Positions 29,201-39,900 of a stretch of 64,000 nucleotides of DNA are shown piece after piece. The notes below the pieces were generated by a model. The model was not told the origin of the DNA and made no database searches. It was given only the letters and a program-made list of their open reading frames with translations. Both the position numbers and the translations under genes were made by a program. This DNA is from a virus (Duplodnaviria > Heunggongvirae > Uroviricota > Caudoviricetes): IMG/VR virus record IMGVR_UViG_3300022822_000008. One strand, given 5' to 3'. The first letter of the stretch is position 1. Each line of letters begins with the position of its first letter.

Positions 29201-30866
29201 TGAAGATGGTAGAATCACGAATGCAGAAAGTGTGTCAGTCGCTGGCGTATCAGATGCCACGTGGGATAGCGCAACTACAAACTTTACAATCGAGACTGCG
29301 GACGGCGGATCGTTTGCAACAGATATAAGTGAGTTCGGAGCAAATACTTCATTCACAAATATATCTGCATCAGGATTAATAAACGGCCGTGATGTTGCTG
29401 ATGATGGTAACAAACTTGATAATATAGAACCTAACGCAACAGAAGACCAAACTGCAGCAGAGATTCTTATCGCAATTAGAGGTGTTGACGGACCTGGTTC
29501 TGATTTAAATGCTGATTTGCTTGATAGCCAACATGGTGTCTATTATCTTGATTACGATAACTTTGCTAATACACCAAACATATTAGATGCAAATAATGTA
29601 ACTGATATAATTAACAACACTAATATTGACGCAGATTTATTAGATGGTAATGATTCTCCGTTTTATCTTGATTATAATAATTTTACAAATACGCCCTCAA
29701 GTCAAGATCAACTAACTGCGAATGAAATACTTGACTTATTAGTGACTGTCGATGGTTCTGGTTCCACACTAGATTCTGATTTGCTTGATGGATATGAAGG
29801 TGATTATTATCTTGATTATAATAATTTTACGAATGCACCGCCTGCAAATACAAGTTCTGATACACCAACTGATATTCTTAATAAGATAAAACAAGTTGAT
29901 GGTATTGGTTCAGGTCTTGATACCGATTTATTCGACGGTAATGATTCTCCATTTTACCTTGACTATGATAATTTCACCAATACGCCTGATATTCTAGATG
30001 TAAATGATGTCACAGCAATTATTGCTAATACAAGCATCGATGCAGATTTATTTGACGGAAATGATTCTCCATTTTACCTTGACTATGATAATTTCACCAA
30101 TACGCCTGATATTCTAGATGTAAATGATGTCACAGCAATTATTGCTAATACAAGCATCGATGCTGATTTACTTGATGGTTTCGAAGGTAGTTATTACACT
30201 GATTATGCTGACGATGCTGCAGAAGAAGTTGCAAATAGCATAAGTGATTCGACCGTAACAATATCTAGCGGTTCTGGAATTTCAGGTGGTGGATCATTCA
30301 CTTTAAATCAAAGTGCGAATTCAACAATAACTTTTGCTCATGCAGACACTTCTTCCGTAACGGACGTTAATACCTCAGGCAAAAGTATAATAAGCGAGAT
30401 AACTTTTGATCAATTCGGTCACACTTTATCTACATCAACACGAGTACTTGATTTCTTAACTACTGCCGAAGCGGACGCTGCTTTTGTTAATGTCACTGGC
30501 GATACAATAACTGGAGACTTAGAAGTTCAAGGTTTAATAAGTCAAAGTGAATCTGCATTTAGTTCTGACTTATCAACTTCAGCTACTGTACTTGATGTTG
30601 ATTTGTTTAGTTTTCCTTCTGCAATTTATAGTTCAGCAGAAATTATTATCACCGCACAGCAAGGTATAAATAAACACATAACAAAGTTGCTTATTGTTCA
30701 TGATGAAACAACTGCTTATGCAACTGAATTTGGAACCGTCTATACAAATATAAATTTGGCGGATTATGATGTTAGATTAGATACTGGTAATGTTATCGTT
30801 TTTGCTACACCCGCAAACGGCTCAACAATTAATTATAAGATTATCTCTACCTTAATTTCTAACTAA
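26214..30866 (+). CDS. long tail fibre-like protein (1550 aa)
   Basis: Fibre motifs PSG...RP....GMIRFNT...FEGY, G.YGS...P.ITIDEDGRIT, HANTS...D.FGHV (three copies) and DADLLDG repeats; C-terminal LLIVHD..TAYATEFG domain. Confidence 0.8.
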   Translation: MSDDIIIRDPNVIHVDVPTIRGIKVNVGSSTQIRSVPLQETNRSIVAPGEQKPTIVPDSVVLGIDTIGHYVETLNVGDGLILSGNNATESANLTISHANTSTEISTSNDIFGVLGNVSIDKFGHVTEFENRQFDTDNFTANSTIISTQDFTFGTTSLTLGESSANIEGLVFVETNILNADYINLSNGISSANNNLIITSDIVTMNGSGALIVPSGDVTERPSLLIEGMIRFNTTDQRFEGYNAIDWTGLGGVSDVNQDTFIRAENPSGSNNDELEFFTNGVRRLLIGSNGDMSFGSLSSNLYLYYNTGQVNVNGFLTVNEIKLQDDQISANNNLQLNAVNDFSITSNGFSSIASDGDFTLLADGEILIYSDVINIESGGPLTFTANGSIILDGDGISASSSTISDVLNPVLPQDAVTLDYLENIFTFEIDVEYGANTKPLTLSSASNPKIFAGTGINADVANNTLNLSINDTGVTPDIYGNDGFVPRIRIGSDGRVTFATEVPIELQANAIVDFTETLYDLVGEMFVGNIEEGIHVFESDALNTINLRVDNFSVDLTGDIEGSATVVRASNTTIETAITVDYLESISAGLGVNVDFTSGIASTAEISHANTSDVANTSNSSGEVVSNLTFDEFGHVINTTTEDLNSLFLGLGGGTLTGDLLAPRFVDSNNTAYYMDPAGASRINSLVLGFNNDFARLEMRDGIATTSVMFSQNGRIGFLGSDFNFASYSERATNNWVVRNDVKASRFVDRNDENYFINPAGTDSILSGLNVENFITVGNDLSFANNTISASTIIFDSNNDIIDAGGSRILNVLTPTQNTNAANKLYVDDAITSTVNNFTGGNGLSYDANTTTFDVNVDGTSIEIVNDILSVIDGPGSNLNADLLDSQHGIYYLNYDNFANTPNILDANNVTDIITSTSIDADLLNGENGSFYLDFNNLTNVPAVDSTEINATLTGKVTGSGVSANNVLTITTELENTGVTSGIYGSASQVPIITIDEDGRITNAESVSVAGVSDATWDSATTNFTIETADGGSFATDISEFGANTSFTNISASGLINGRDVADDGNKLDNIEPNATEDQTAAEILIAIRGVDGPGSDLNADLLDSQHGVYYLDYDNFANTPNILDANNVTDIINNTNIDADLLDGNDSPFYLDYNNFTNTPSSQDQLTANEILDLLVTVDGSGSTLDSDLLDGYEGDYYLDYNNFTNAPPANTSSDTPTDILNKIKQVDGIGSGLDTDLFDGNDSPFYLDYDNFTNTPDILDVNDVTAIIANTSIDADLFDGNDSPFYLDYDNFTNTPDILDVNDVTAIIANTSIDADLLDGFEGSYYTDYADDAAEEVANSISDSTVTISSGSGISGGGSFTLNQSANSTITFAHADTSSVTDVNTSGKSIISEITFDQFGHTLSTSTRVLDFLTTAEADAAFVNVTGDTITGDLEVQGLISQSESAFSSDLSTSATVLDVDLFSFPSAIYSSAEIIITAQQGINKHITKLLIVHDETTAYATEFGTVYTNINLADYDVRLDTGNVIVFATPANGSTINYKIISTLISN
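28850..30205 (+). repeat. eight copies of the (D/N)ADLLDGxxxxxYLDYxNFxNxP protein repeat, including an exact 104-bp duplication with a 120-bp period
   Basis: 29940-30043 is identical to 30060-30163. Confidence 0.9.
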
Positions 30867-30904
30867 GAATTTTAAAATATGCCTGACTGGGGAGAGTGAA
30901 CCGA

Positions 30905-33900
30905 ATGGCGAATAATAAAAAATTCATTGTTAAGAATGGCCTGATTACACCAGAGAGTGTGATAGCTGGTACAGAACTTGACAACGGAACTGATACATTA
31001 CAAATATCAGGAAGCTCAACACTTCTTGGTGAAGTCAATATAGCAAGCATTATACCAGGTATACCTACGCTTGATGTAGTAAACACTGGTGCTACCGATG
31101 CTATAGTTGCTCGCTTTAGAGGTGAAAGTGCTTCATTAGAAATAAAAAACCTAAGCGAAGGTGATTATTCACTTTTAAATACCGGACAAGACAACGGGAT
31201 TGTGTTTTATGATGACACAACAGGCCTTGAACTGGTATACGGCAATTCAGCTAGATTATCAATAAATTCCACCGGCAATAATTTCACAGGCAATTCAACC
31301 ATTGACGGCAATAGAATCCTCACAACTGCTGACGAAGGATCTGGTAACGGTCTTGATGCAGACACTATTGACGGGATTGATAGCAGTCAATTTTTACGTA
31401 ATGACCAAGACGGGACTCTAGACGGCAATTTTGTCGTTACAGGTGATTTTACCGTAAATGGTACTACAACAACCGTTAACACAGAAACTGTTCTCATTGC
31501 TGATAATATAATCACACTCAATAGCGATGAAACAGGAACGCCTAGTCAAAATTCAGGTATAGAAATAGAACGTGGAACCTCTGCCAATGTATCTCTCATA
31601 TGGAATGAGACTTCAGATCATTGGGAGATCTCAGGTACTGGTCGTATAATCACAACAGCTGATGAAGGTTCTGGAAATGGATTTGATGCAGATACAGTTG
31701 ACGGTATTGAAGCTTCACAATTCTTAAGATCAGATCAAAATGATACCACGACAGGAAGCTTGACAGTCGAAGGTGATTTGATTGTAGGTGACGATGTTGG
31801 CAGCGCAAATATAAACTTCAATAACGCAGGTCAAAATAGACAAATATCTTCGCAAAATTCTGATATAGGATTTTTAATGCCCAATTTCAACTTTGGTGCT
31901 TTTTCAACAGCGTCTGGAGATTGGGTAGTTGCTCGTGACAATATAAGTACCGCAAATACAGTATCGCAAGCTGACATTATAGCATGGAATGATATTTCTG
32001 CTAATAATAACATATCATCAGGCAATGACATTTCAGCAACAAATAATATATCTGCTGGTCAAGATATACAAGCTACAAATAACGTTACAGCTGGAAATGA
32101 TGTAATTGCTACAGGTGACGTTACAGGAGAAAACTTATCTTCTACTAATGACATTAACGCTGGAAATGATATAACAGCAACTGGTGATGTTACAGGAGAA
32201 AATTTATTTGCAGTAAATGATGCCACGGTAGGCGGGACACTTTTTGCTAACGATATAGTAACCGAAGAAGATATTACTGCAAACAACATATTCGCCAGCA
32301 GATTTGTTGATTCGGATGACATTTCATTCTATGGTGATTTCGCAGGCATCTCACAATTCAATGGTGTTGATATTCAAGGAAGAATTAGAAGTATAGATGA
32401 CTTGAATACGTATCTTGAATTTCCTTCTGCGGACACATTTGAAGTTACTACAAATGGCATAACAAGATTAACAGTTAATAATATAAGTATAGAATCTGAT
32501 GTCAATATGGTCGCACCAAGATTTGTCGATGGAAACAACTCGACTTATTATGGAGACTTTGCTGGTACTTCAATAGTCAATGATATTAACCTTGATGGCC
32601 AAATTAGCTCTGTAGGCGATCCTAATACTTACATAGAATTCAATTCGTCTGATACATTCAGAATAGTCACTGGTGCTAGCGCAAGACTTACAGTCAATAA
32701 TGTAAGTGTAGTTTCTAGTGTAGATGTTTTTGCTCCTATCTATTATGACAATAATGATACTTCATTTTATGGTAATTTCGCTGAAACATCAGTAATGAAT
32801 ATCATTAATGCTAATACTTTAAACGTAGATGATATTAATCTTGGTAATAGAATTACAAGTGAAGGTGATGCTAACACTTATCTCGAATTTGACAGTGAGG
32901 ATTCATTCAGAATAGTCACTGGTGCTAGTGCAAGGCTGACTGTTGATAATAATTCAGTACGTTCATCTGTCGATATATTCGCTCCAAGATTTTTAGATTC
33001 TGAAGATAACTCATACTTGGTAGATCCTTCTGGATTATCAATTATGGACAGCTTAAATATTGATGATAAAATATATCATAACGGTGATGTAACTACTTAT
33101 CTTGATTTTGCAACTACTGAATCTTTCGATTTTGTTACTGCGGGAGTTTCAAAATTAACAATAAACAATTCAAACGTGACTTCTACCGTTGATGTAATTG
33201 CTCCTAGATTTGTTGACTCAGCTGACAGCACTTATTTCTTAGACCCATTCAGCACTTCAGTGTTGAACAGAATAAATTTAGTAGGCGCGATTAGAAATAG
33301 CGGTGATGCAGATACTCTAATACAATTCCCAACTACAGGTCAAATAGGATTTAATACGAATGGAACCAACAGATTATTAATTGAAGATTCTATAATATCT
33401 TCATCAGTTGATTTACACTCAACAAGATTTGTTGATTTAAACAACACAGCATACTATGCAGATTTTGGAAATGCAACTACTTCAATATCAGCACTAGGTA
33501 AAGTAGTAATTGGTGCTGGTGATGAAATAAGAAGAGATGATAACACTGGAAATGGAGGCGTGACGATAGCAAGCTTTGCTAGTGAAAATGCCACGAACAA
33601 TCCTTTCTTGTCTGTCAGTGGCGGCAACGGCTCACGTTCGCTAGCATACCTTAATAGAATAGACATAGGAACAAATCCTTCTCTCGCAAGCAATCGTTAT
33701 ATGGAATTTATTAATGATGGCATTAACTCTGTAAGTTTCTCTGGTGATCAATTTAACAACTTCTACACAGTAATGGATTCTGGTGATTATGGAATCTACA
33801 ACTCTGGATTTGACGCATTACTTGTGGTCCAGAATGATGGAACTATTGTTGTAGGTGATTCAAGCGCGCTTTATTCGATAAGTGATGCTACTCCTATAGT

Positions 33901-36900
33901 AGGCACAAACACAAATAATATACTTAATGTGAATGGCAGCATTCAGCTGAATGATAATAATGATGCTATTGTATTTGGACGAGGCACCTCTTCTTTCCTT
34001 AAACACAACGAGCTTAGTTTTGGATTAGGTGGCGGTCTGCATATGACCGAATCTGGTACCTTAAGAATAAGCAATGATGTTAAGTTACGCACCACTGTCG
34101 ATATTGAGGCAGCTAGATTTGTTGATGTAAACGACGGGTCTTTTCTTATTGACCCAGCTGGAACTTCAAGAGTAAATCTAATTGACCTGGCAGGAAGAAT
34201 TCGCCACGATGGAGATACTGATACTGATATACGTTTTGGTGCTGATAGATTTTCTGTAGTAACAGGCGGTTCTGAAAGGTTAATAGTTGAAAATTCTCTA
34301 GTTACGTCTACCGTAGAATTAAGAGCACCACAACTTGTCGATAGAGATGATACTGCATTTTTCGTAAATCCTAGTGGCGCATCTAACTTTAGAAACTTGA
34401 ATGTTCTTAGCGGAGATGCGACTGCACAGCTGAGCGTAGGAAGAGACTCAGGTCAAAAAATACAACTTCTGGTTGAGGATGGCCCAGGTTATCTTAGATA
34501 TATTCAAGATGAAGGTGGCAACTTTAACCATTCATTCAACTTCGAAATCGTATCACCAGCTAACCAAGAAAGTTCTTCATTCAACTTTAACAGAACAATT
34601 AACGTTGTTGGCGATTTCAATACGGACGGTGATGTTTCTACTGAAGGTTCTATAACCGCAGATGAATTTATAGACGGCAATGTTGCTGGTTACTCTATTA
34701 TTCCTTCTGATGTTTCTAGATTCAATATTATAAATCTCGATGATCAAATCAGACATCAAGGTGATGAAGATACTTATCTGCAATTCAATACAGCAAATAG
34801 CTGGAGAGTCGTCACAGGTGGTTCGCAAAGATTAGTAATAACGAATACTTCTGCTACATTCGCAAATGATATAATTGGCCCGATATTTAGAGATTCTTCA
34901 GATCCTAATAACAGATATGTAAATCCAGGTAACGATACTCAGATAAATCAATTGATTGCATTTGGCAGTTCTAGTTTCAGAAGTGTAGGTACACCTTTAA
35001 GAGTATACAGCACTGGAACTGGAAATACAAATTCAAACACAGGCATAGGTCTTGAGGCGTATGCACCTGACTTAGGAACTTCTACTACAGGCGCGGGTAT
35101 ATCATTCCATAGAGCAGGTTCTTATGCTATTAATATGGGACTTGATTCTGATAATGTATTCAGAATCGGAGGATGGAGCGCTCCTGATAATTTACTAGTA
35201 ATAAACACAAGCGGTGCTGTTACTGCGTTGGATTCTTTAAATGCTCCAGTGTTTCAGGACAGTCAAGATACTTCATATTTTGTAGATCCCAACGGTTCGT
35301 CTTTATTGGCAACATTAAGAGTTGTCAATCAAATAGGTGTAGGTTCTGAAACTACTACATTCATTGCACCTCCTACTGGAAGTTACGGTTCGATTAAAGT
35401 TGAAGGTGAGAGTAATGGATGGGCTGGATATGCTATTAGAGACAATTGGATCTTTATGGCAAATGGTGCGGAAAGAGCAGGCATCTATAATGACACTGAC
35501 AACGAATGGTCATTACAGATATACAGAAATGGTGGAGTTGACCTTTATCATAATGGCACAGTTGAATTTCAAACTGCAGGCGGATACGCTCAAGCATCAA
35601 CAGCACTTCGCGCTCCAATTTTCCAAGATACAAGCAGCACCTCAAGATTCCTAAGTCCAAATGCTGGAAACGGTAATGTGGCACTTAGCATAACTGGCGA
35701 AATAGAAAGAGTTGGATTTGCAACAGGTGCTGGTTCTGATAATTATATATTGAAATCCGAAGACAGAAATCAATGGATATGGGCTTCAGGAGGATCTTAT
35801 AATTGGGGAATATTCTGGGCGTCTGAAAATAATCCTGCATATAGTCATTTTGGCGGTACAAATCCGGATGAATTGGTTTTCGTCGGAGGTGGCACTACAA
35901 GATCCTCAATTGATCTTAGTAATGGTGATGCTTGGTTCGATGGAAATCTTACTGCATCATCGGTTTCTTTGGACGCTGGTGATGGTGAAGCAATATTATT
36001 TAATCCAGCATATGGTTCAGGTGGTGCTGATCTTGTGTTATTCGATGCAACAACTTATTTCGAATCAAGAACTACACAAGCCAATGCACCAAATGAAAAC
36101 AATCTTACGAATGATAAATCCGAGTATTCAAAGACTACTGAAGGACCTTTCGCTGGTGCGTTTGTATTAAGAACAAATCAATACAGAAATTTTTACTCTG
36201 ACTTTATACCAGTAGCGCCTGGTGAAGAATTATACGGCGAAATTTCCATAAAATACATTTCCGGTTCTGGCGGAATTACATATTATGGCGTTGAAAGGTA
36301 TGATAGCGAAAGGAGAGCAATTACATCTAATGCGGGAATGACATATTTTGTTACCAGCGGGAGTAACGACACAAATCCGAATTGGGTAACACGACGAGGA
36401 AGTACAATATTACCTACGACACACACACCATATCAAGGATCTGACGGTGGCGGTGTTTATTATGTAAGAATTCGAGTACTTCTAAACTACAGTTCTGAAG
36501 GTGCGTTGCGCGAATTCGGCGGTATTATGCTGAAACGCCGAAATGCAGAATCAAGTTTAACAGTTGACGACTTGTTAGTAATGGATGACTTAAACGTTGA
36601 CGGAGACCTTACAACCTCTGGCACCATTATATCTAATTCAGGTATTAACGCTCCGATATTTAGAGACACTGCTGACACTAACTTTTATGTAGATCCAGCG
36701 AATACATCGCGTTCTGGTAGATTAAGAGGCGATATATTAATAGGATCTAATTCATCGGGCTACAGCCTGCAAGTTGGCGGTGACGGCCGCGAATTTCAAA
36801 ATAACACGACTACTGGTTCTATTGCAATGACAAGCAATCTCCATATGGACTCAGCTTCTGGAAGAAATACATACATTAACTATTATGATGGTGATAGCCT

Positions 36901-39900
36901 ATACATAGGTACAGGTAATGGTAGTTCTCATTCAAGATGGAGAAATGACGGAGCTTTAAACATAGGCAGTGATGCAGTTTCTTCGTATTTCTTGAATGTT
37001 GAAGGTACGGTAAGATCTTCTGGAGATATGAGAGCTCCAAGATACATAGATGATAATGATCCCACTTACTATGTCAACCCAGCAGGCACGTCTGAACTCA
37101 ATGAAATATTGGTTGGTGGGCGTTCAATAAGACTTAGTAGAATGTCTGGCGGTAGAGGCTCGCTAAACATCAATGGTGGCCAAGTTGGCAGTTATGAAGG
37201 TTATGTCATTAATAACAGAGTAAGCTTTTTACACAATAATGGGACTGTTGCAGGTCTTTATAATGATGTTAATAATCAATGGTTATTATATGCTGATTTT
37301 AATTCTAGATTGCGCTTGTTTTATGCTGGCGTTCAACAGGCTAGTACTGAATCAGGTTATTTTCTTGCACAAAATCAAATGAGAGCTCCAATTTATTATG
37401 ACAGTGATGATACTCAGTATCAGGTGAACCCTAATTCAACTTCACAATTAAATGACGTTAGAGCTAATATATTTAGAGATAGAGCTGATGCTAACTTTTA
37501 CCTTAACGCAACATCTAGTCAATGGCAGGTAAACACACCTAGCGGATATGTTCGAATTGGACCTGCAAACAGTGGTTTTACTCATTACAATACAGATAGA
37601 CCACTTCATTATTTTGGTCAACCTGTACAAGTTAATGGTGATATAAAAATATACCAGTCGTTAGCTAGAATGTCCGGCGACCAGATGTACGCAACAAGAT
37701 TCAATGATGCAAATAACACTTCATATTATATAGACCCAGACTCAACTTCAGTATTGAACACTCTAGATCTTAGAGGTAGATTGCTTGTTGCTGACGTGGA
37801 AAATTACGATGCTACTACAGTAAATGCGTTAACAGATGCTCCTATATCTACAAGAAATATTGATTATCGAATAGGTACTACAGATACCTTCTTGCCACTT
37901 ACTTATCAGACTGCTAGGAATCAAAGTGGTTATAGGACTCATCTAAGCACTGGTTTACTTAAAAATGCAGGAAATAGTTGGAACGAAAATGGTTGGTTTA
38001 TGGCAATCGGAGGTAGTGATTCATCCCCAACTGAATATATGACGCTTGAATATGGTGGATTCATCAACAGCTCACTAGGACAGGTAAGAACAAGTAGTTC
38101 ATTCGACGCAAATCAATTTAGGGATTTGAACAATACTTTATTTTATCTAGACCCGGCTTCGTCTTCTAACTTATTTGAGGTTAATGTTGGTCGTCTTGAG
38201 GTTAACAATTCAGGTGGCGATTCTGTGCTTAAGTTCGGACCTGGTTTGCCAGCGAATGATGACGCTCATATTGAGTGGAAAGGTTCTTCTAATGCTGGTT
38301 ATTTAAGATTCTCTACTTCTGATGATAACGGTTCAGAATACATGCAGTTTGGTGATTATGATAATACAAACAGAGGCGGAACATTCACAGAATGGGCTAA
38401 AATGGACAGAAATCTATTTTATCACACATCTGATATTCGCGCACCTGTTTTCTATGATCTTGATAATACTGGGTTTTACACAAATGCAGCATCTACTTCT
38501 AATATGAACATAGTTAATGCTAATGAATTCTATGCCAATAATTGGTTTAGGAACATAAACAACGGCGAAGGTATGTTGAACGAGCAAAATAATACTAGAT
38601 TCTATTCAGATGGTACGAGTAGATATACTATGTGGTCGGCCACAAACAGCTCTCAAATATTATTTAGATCAAACAGCGGAACACCGCGCGGTTGGGTTAA
38701 CGCAACAAGTAATAATGATGTTGGATTTTTAAATGATTCTGGCGCTTGGCGCGCCAGAATTGTAGGTGGCGATTACATGCAATTCGATGGTTCAAGTATT
38801 CGGGCCCGACGCCTTTATGATCTTGATAATACTACCTATTATGTAGATCCAGCAAGCGTTTCAACAATGAATACTATTGACCTCGAAGGAACAATAAGAC
38901 ATGATGGAGATGCTAATACATATATTCAGTTTCATGAACAAGATCAATTTAGAGTGGTCACTGGCGGGGTTCAACAATTAGAAGTAAATAATAATAGAGT
39001 GACGGCAAATAATATAATGGTTGCAGGAAGTTTTGAAACATCAGGTGCATTGACTGTAGGAATCGGTGCAACAAGTTCAAATATTTACATGAGAGATACA
39101 GATAATACTGACCGAAGAATACACTGCAATTCTAGTCGTATTGGCTTCCTGAGTTCTTCGGACAATTGGGGTTCGTATTCAACTAATGGGGGTGATTGGT
39201 TTTCAGATCAATCAGTTCGTTCTCCTATATTTTACGATAGTAATAATACAGGATTTAGAGTTGACCCAACTGGCACTACTGTTCTCAGTGCTGCAACCTT
39301 TTCAGGAAATACTACATTCAGTGGTGGTGCTCCACTACGTGTTAATAGTACTGGTACAGGTAACGTAAGCACAAACGGCCAAATAGGCCTTGAAATATAT
39401 GGAGCTTCTGGTGGTGGCGGCGCGGGTATGTCATTCCATAGAGGCGGTTCATTCGCAATTAACATGGGACTTGATTCTAATAACGTCTTCAAACTTGGAG
39501 GTTGGTCTGCTAACGATAATTTAATGACTATTAATACGAGTGGTAGTATGTCTGTAATTGGAGACTTCAGAGCTCCAATATTTTATGACAGCAATAACAC
39601 TGGTTTCAGACTTGATCCAAATGGAACTTCTAACTTAGAAACTGTAGATGTAACTACTTTAAATACGTCTGGTCTGATAACAATGGAAAGAGCTACCTCC
39701 ACTGTCCTGCGACTTAGAAATACTGTAAATGCTGGTAAAGTTACAATCCAAATGACTGATAACCAATTCGGCGGACAATCAGGTAATTTTTCATATGTAC
39801 ACTCCGACAGTGCTAGTTTCGGCGGGAGTGCTGCATTCTTATTTGAAGGAAATCAACCTACTACTAACTTGGTTTGTAACGGCGGAAATATTATTGCTAC

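Noticed and set aside
30879-30899. Six-codon upstream ORF (MPDWGE) ending inside the shared initiation motif
   Set aside because: The equivalent frame at the 14341 site has no start codon, so a conserved uORF mechanism is not supported.
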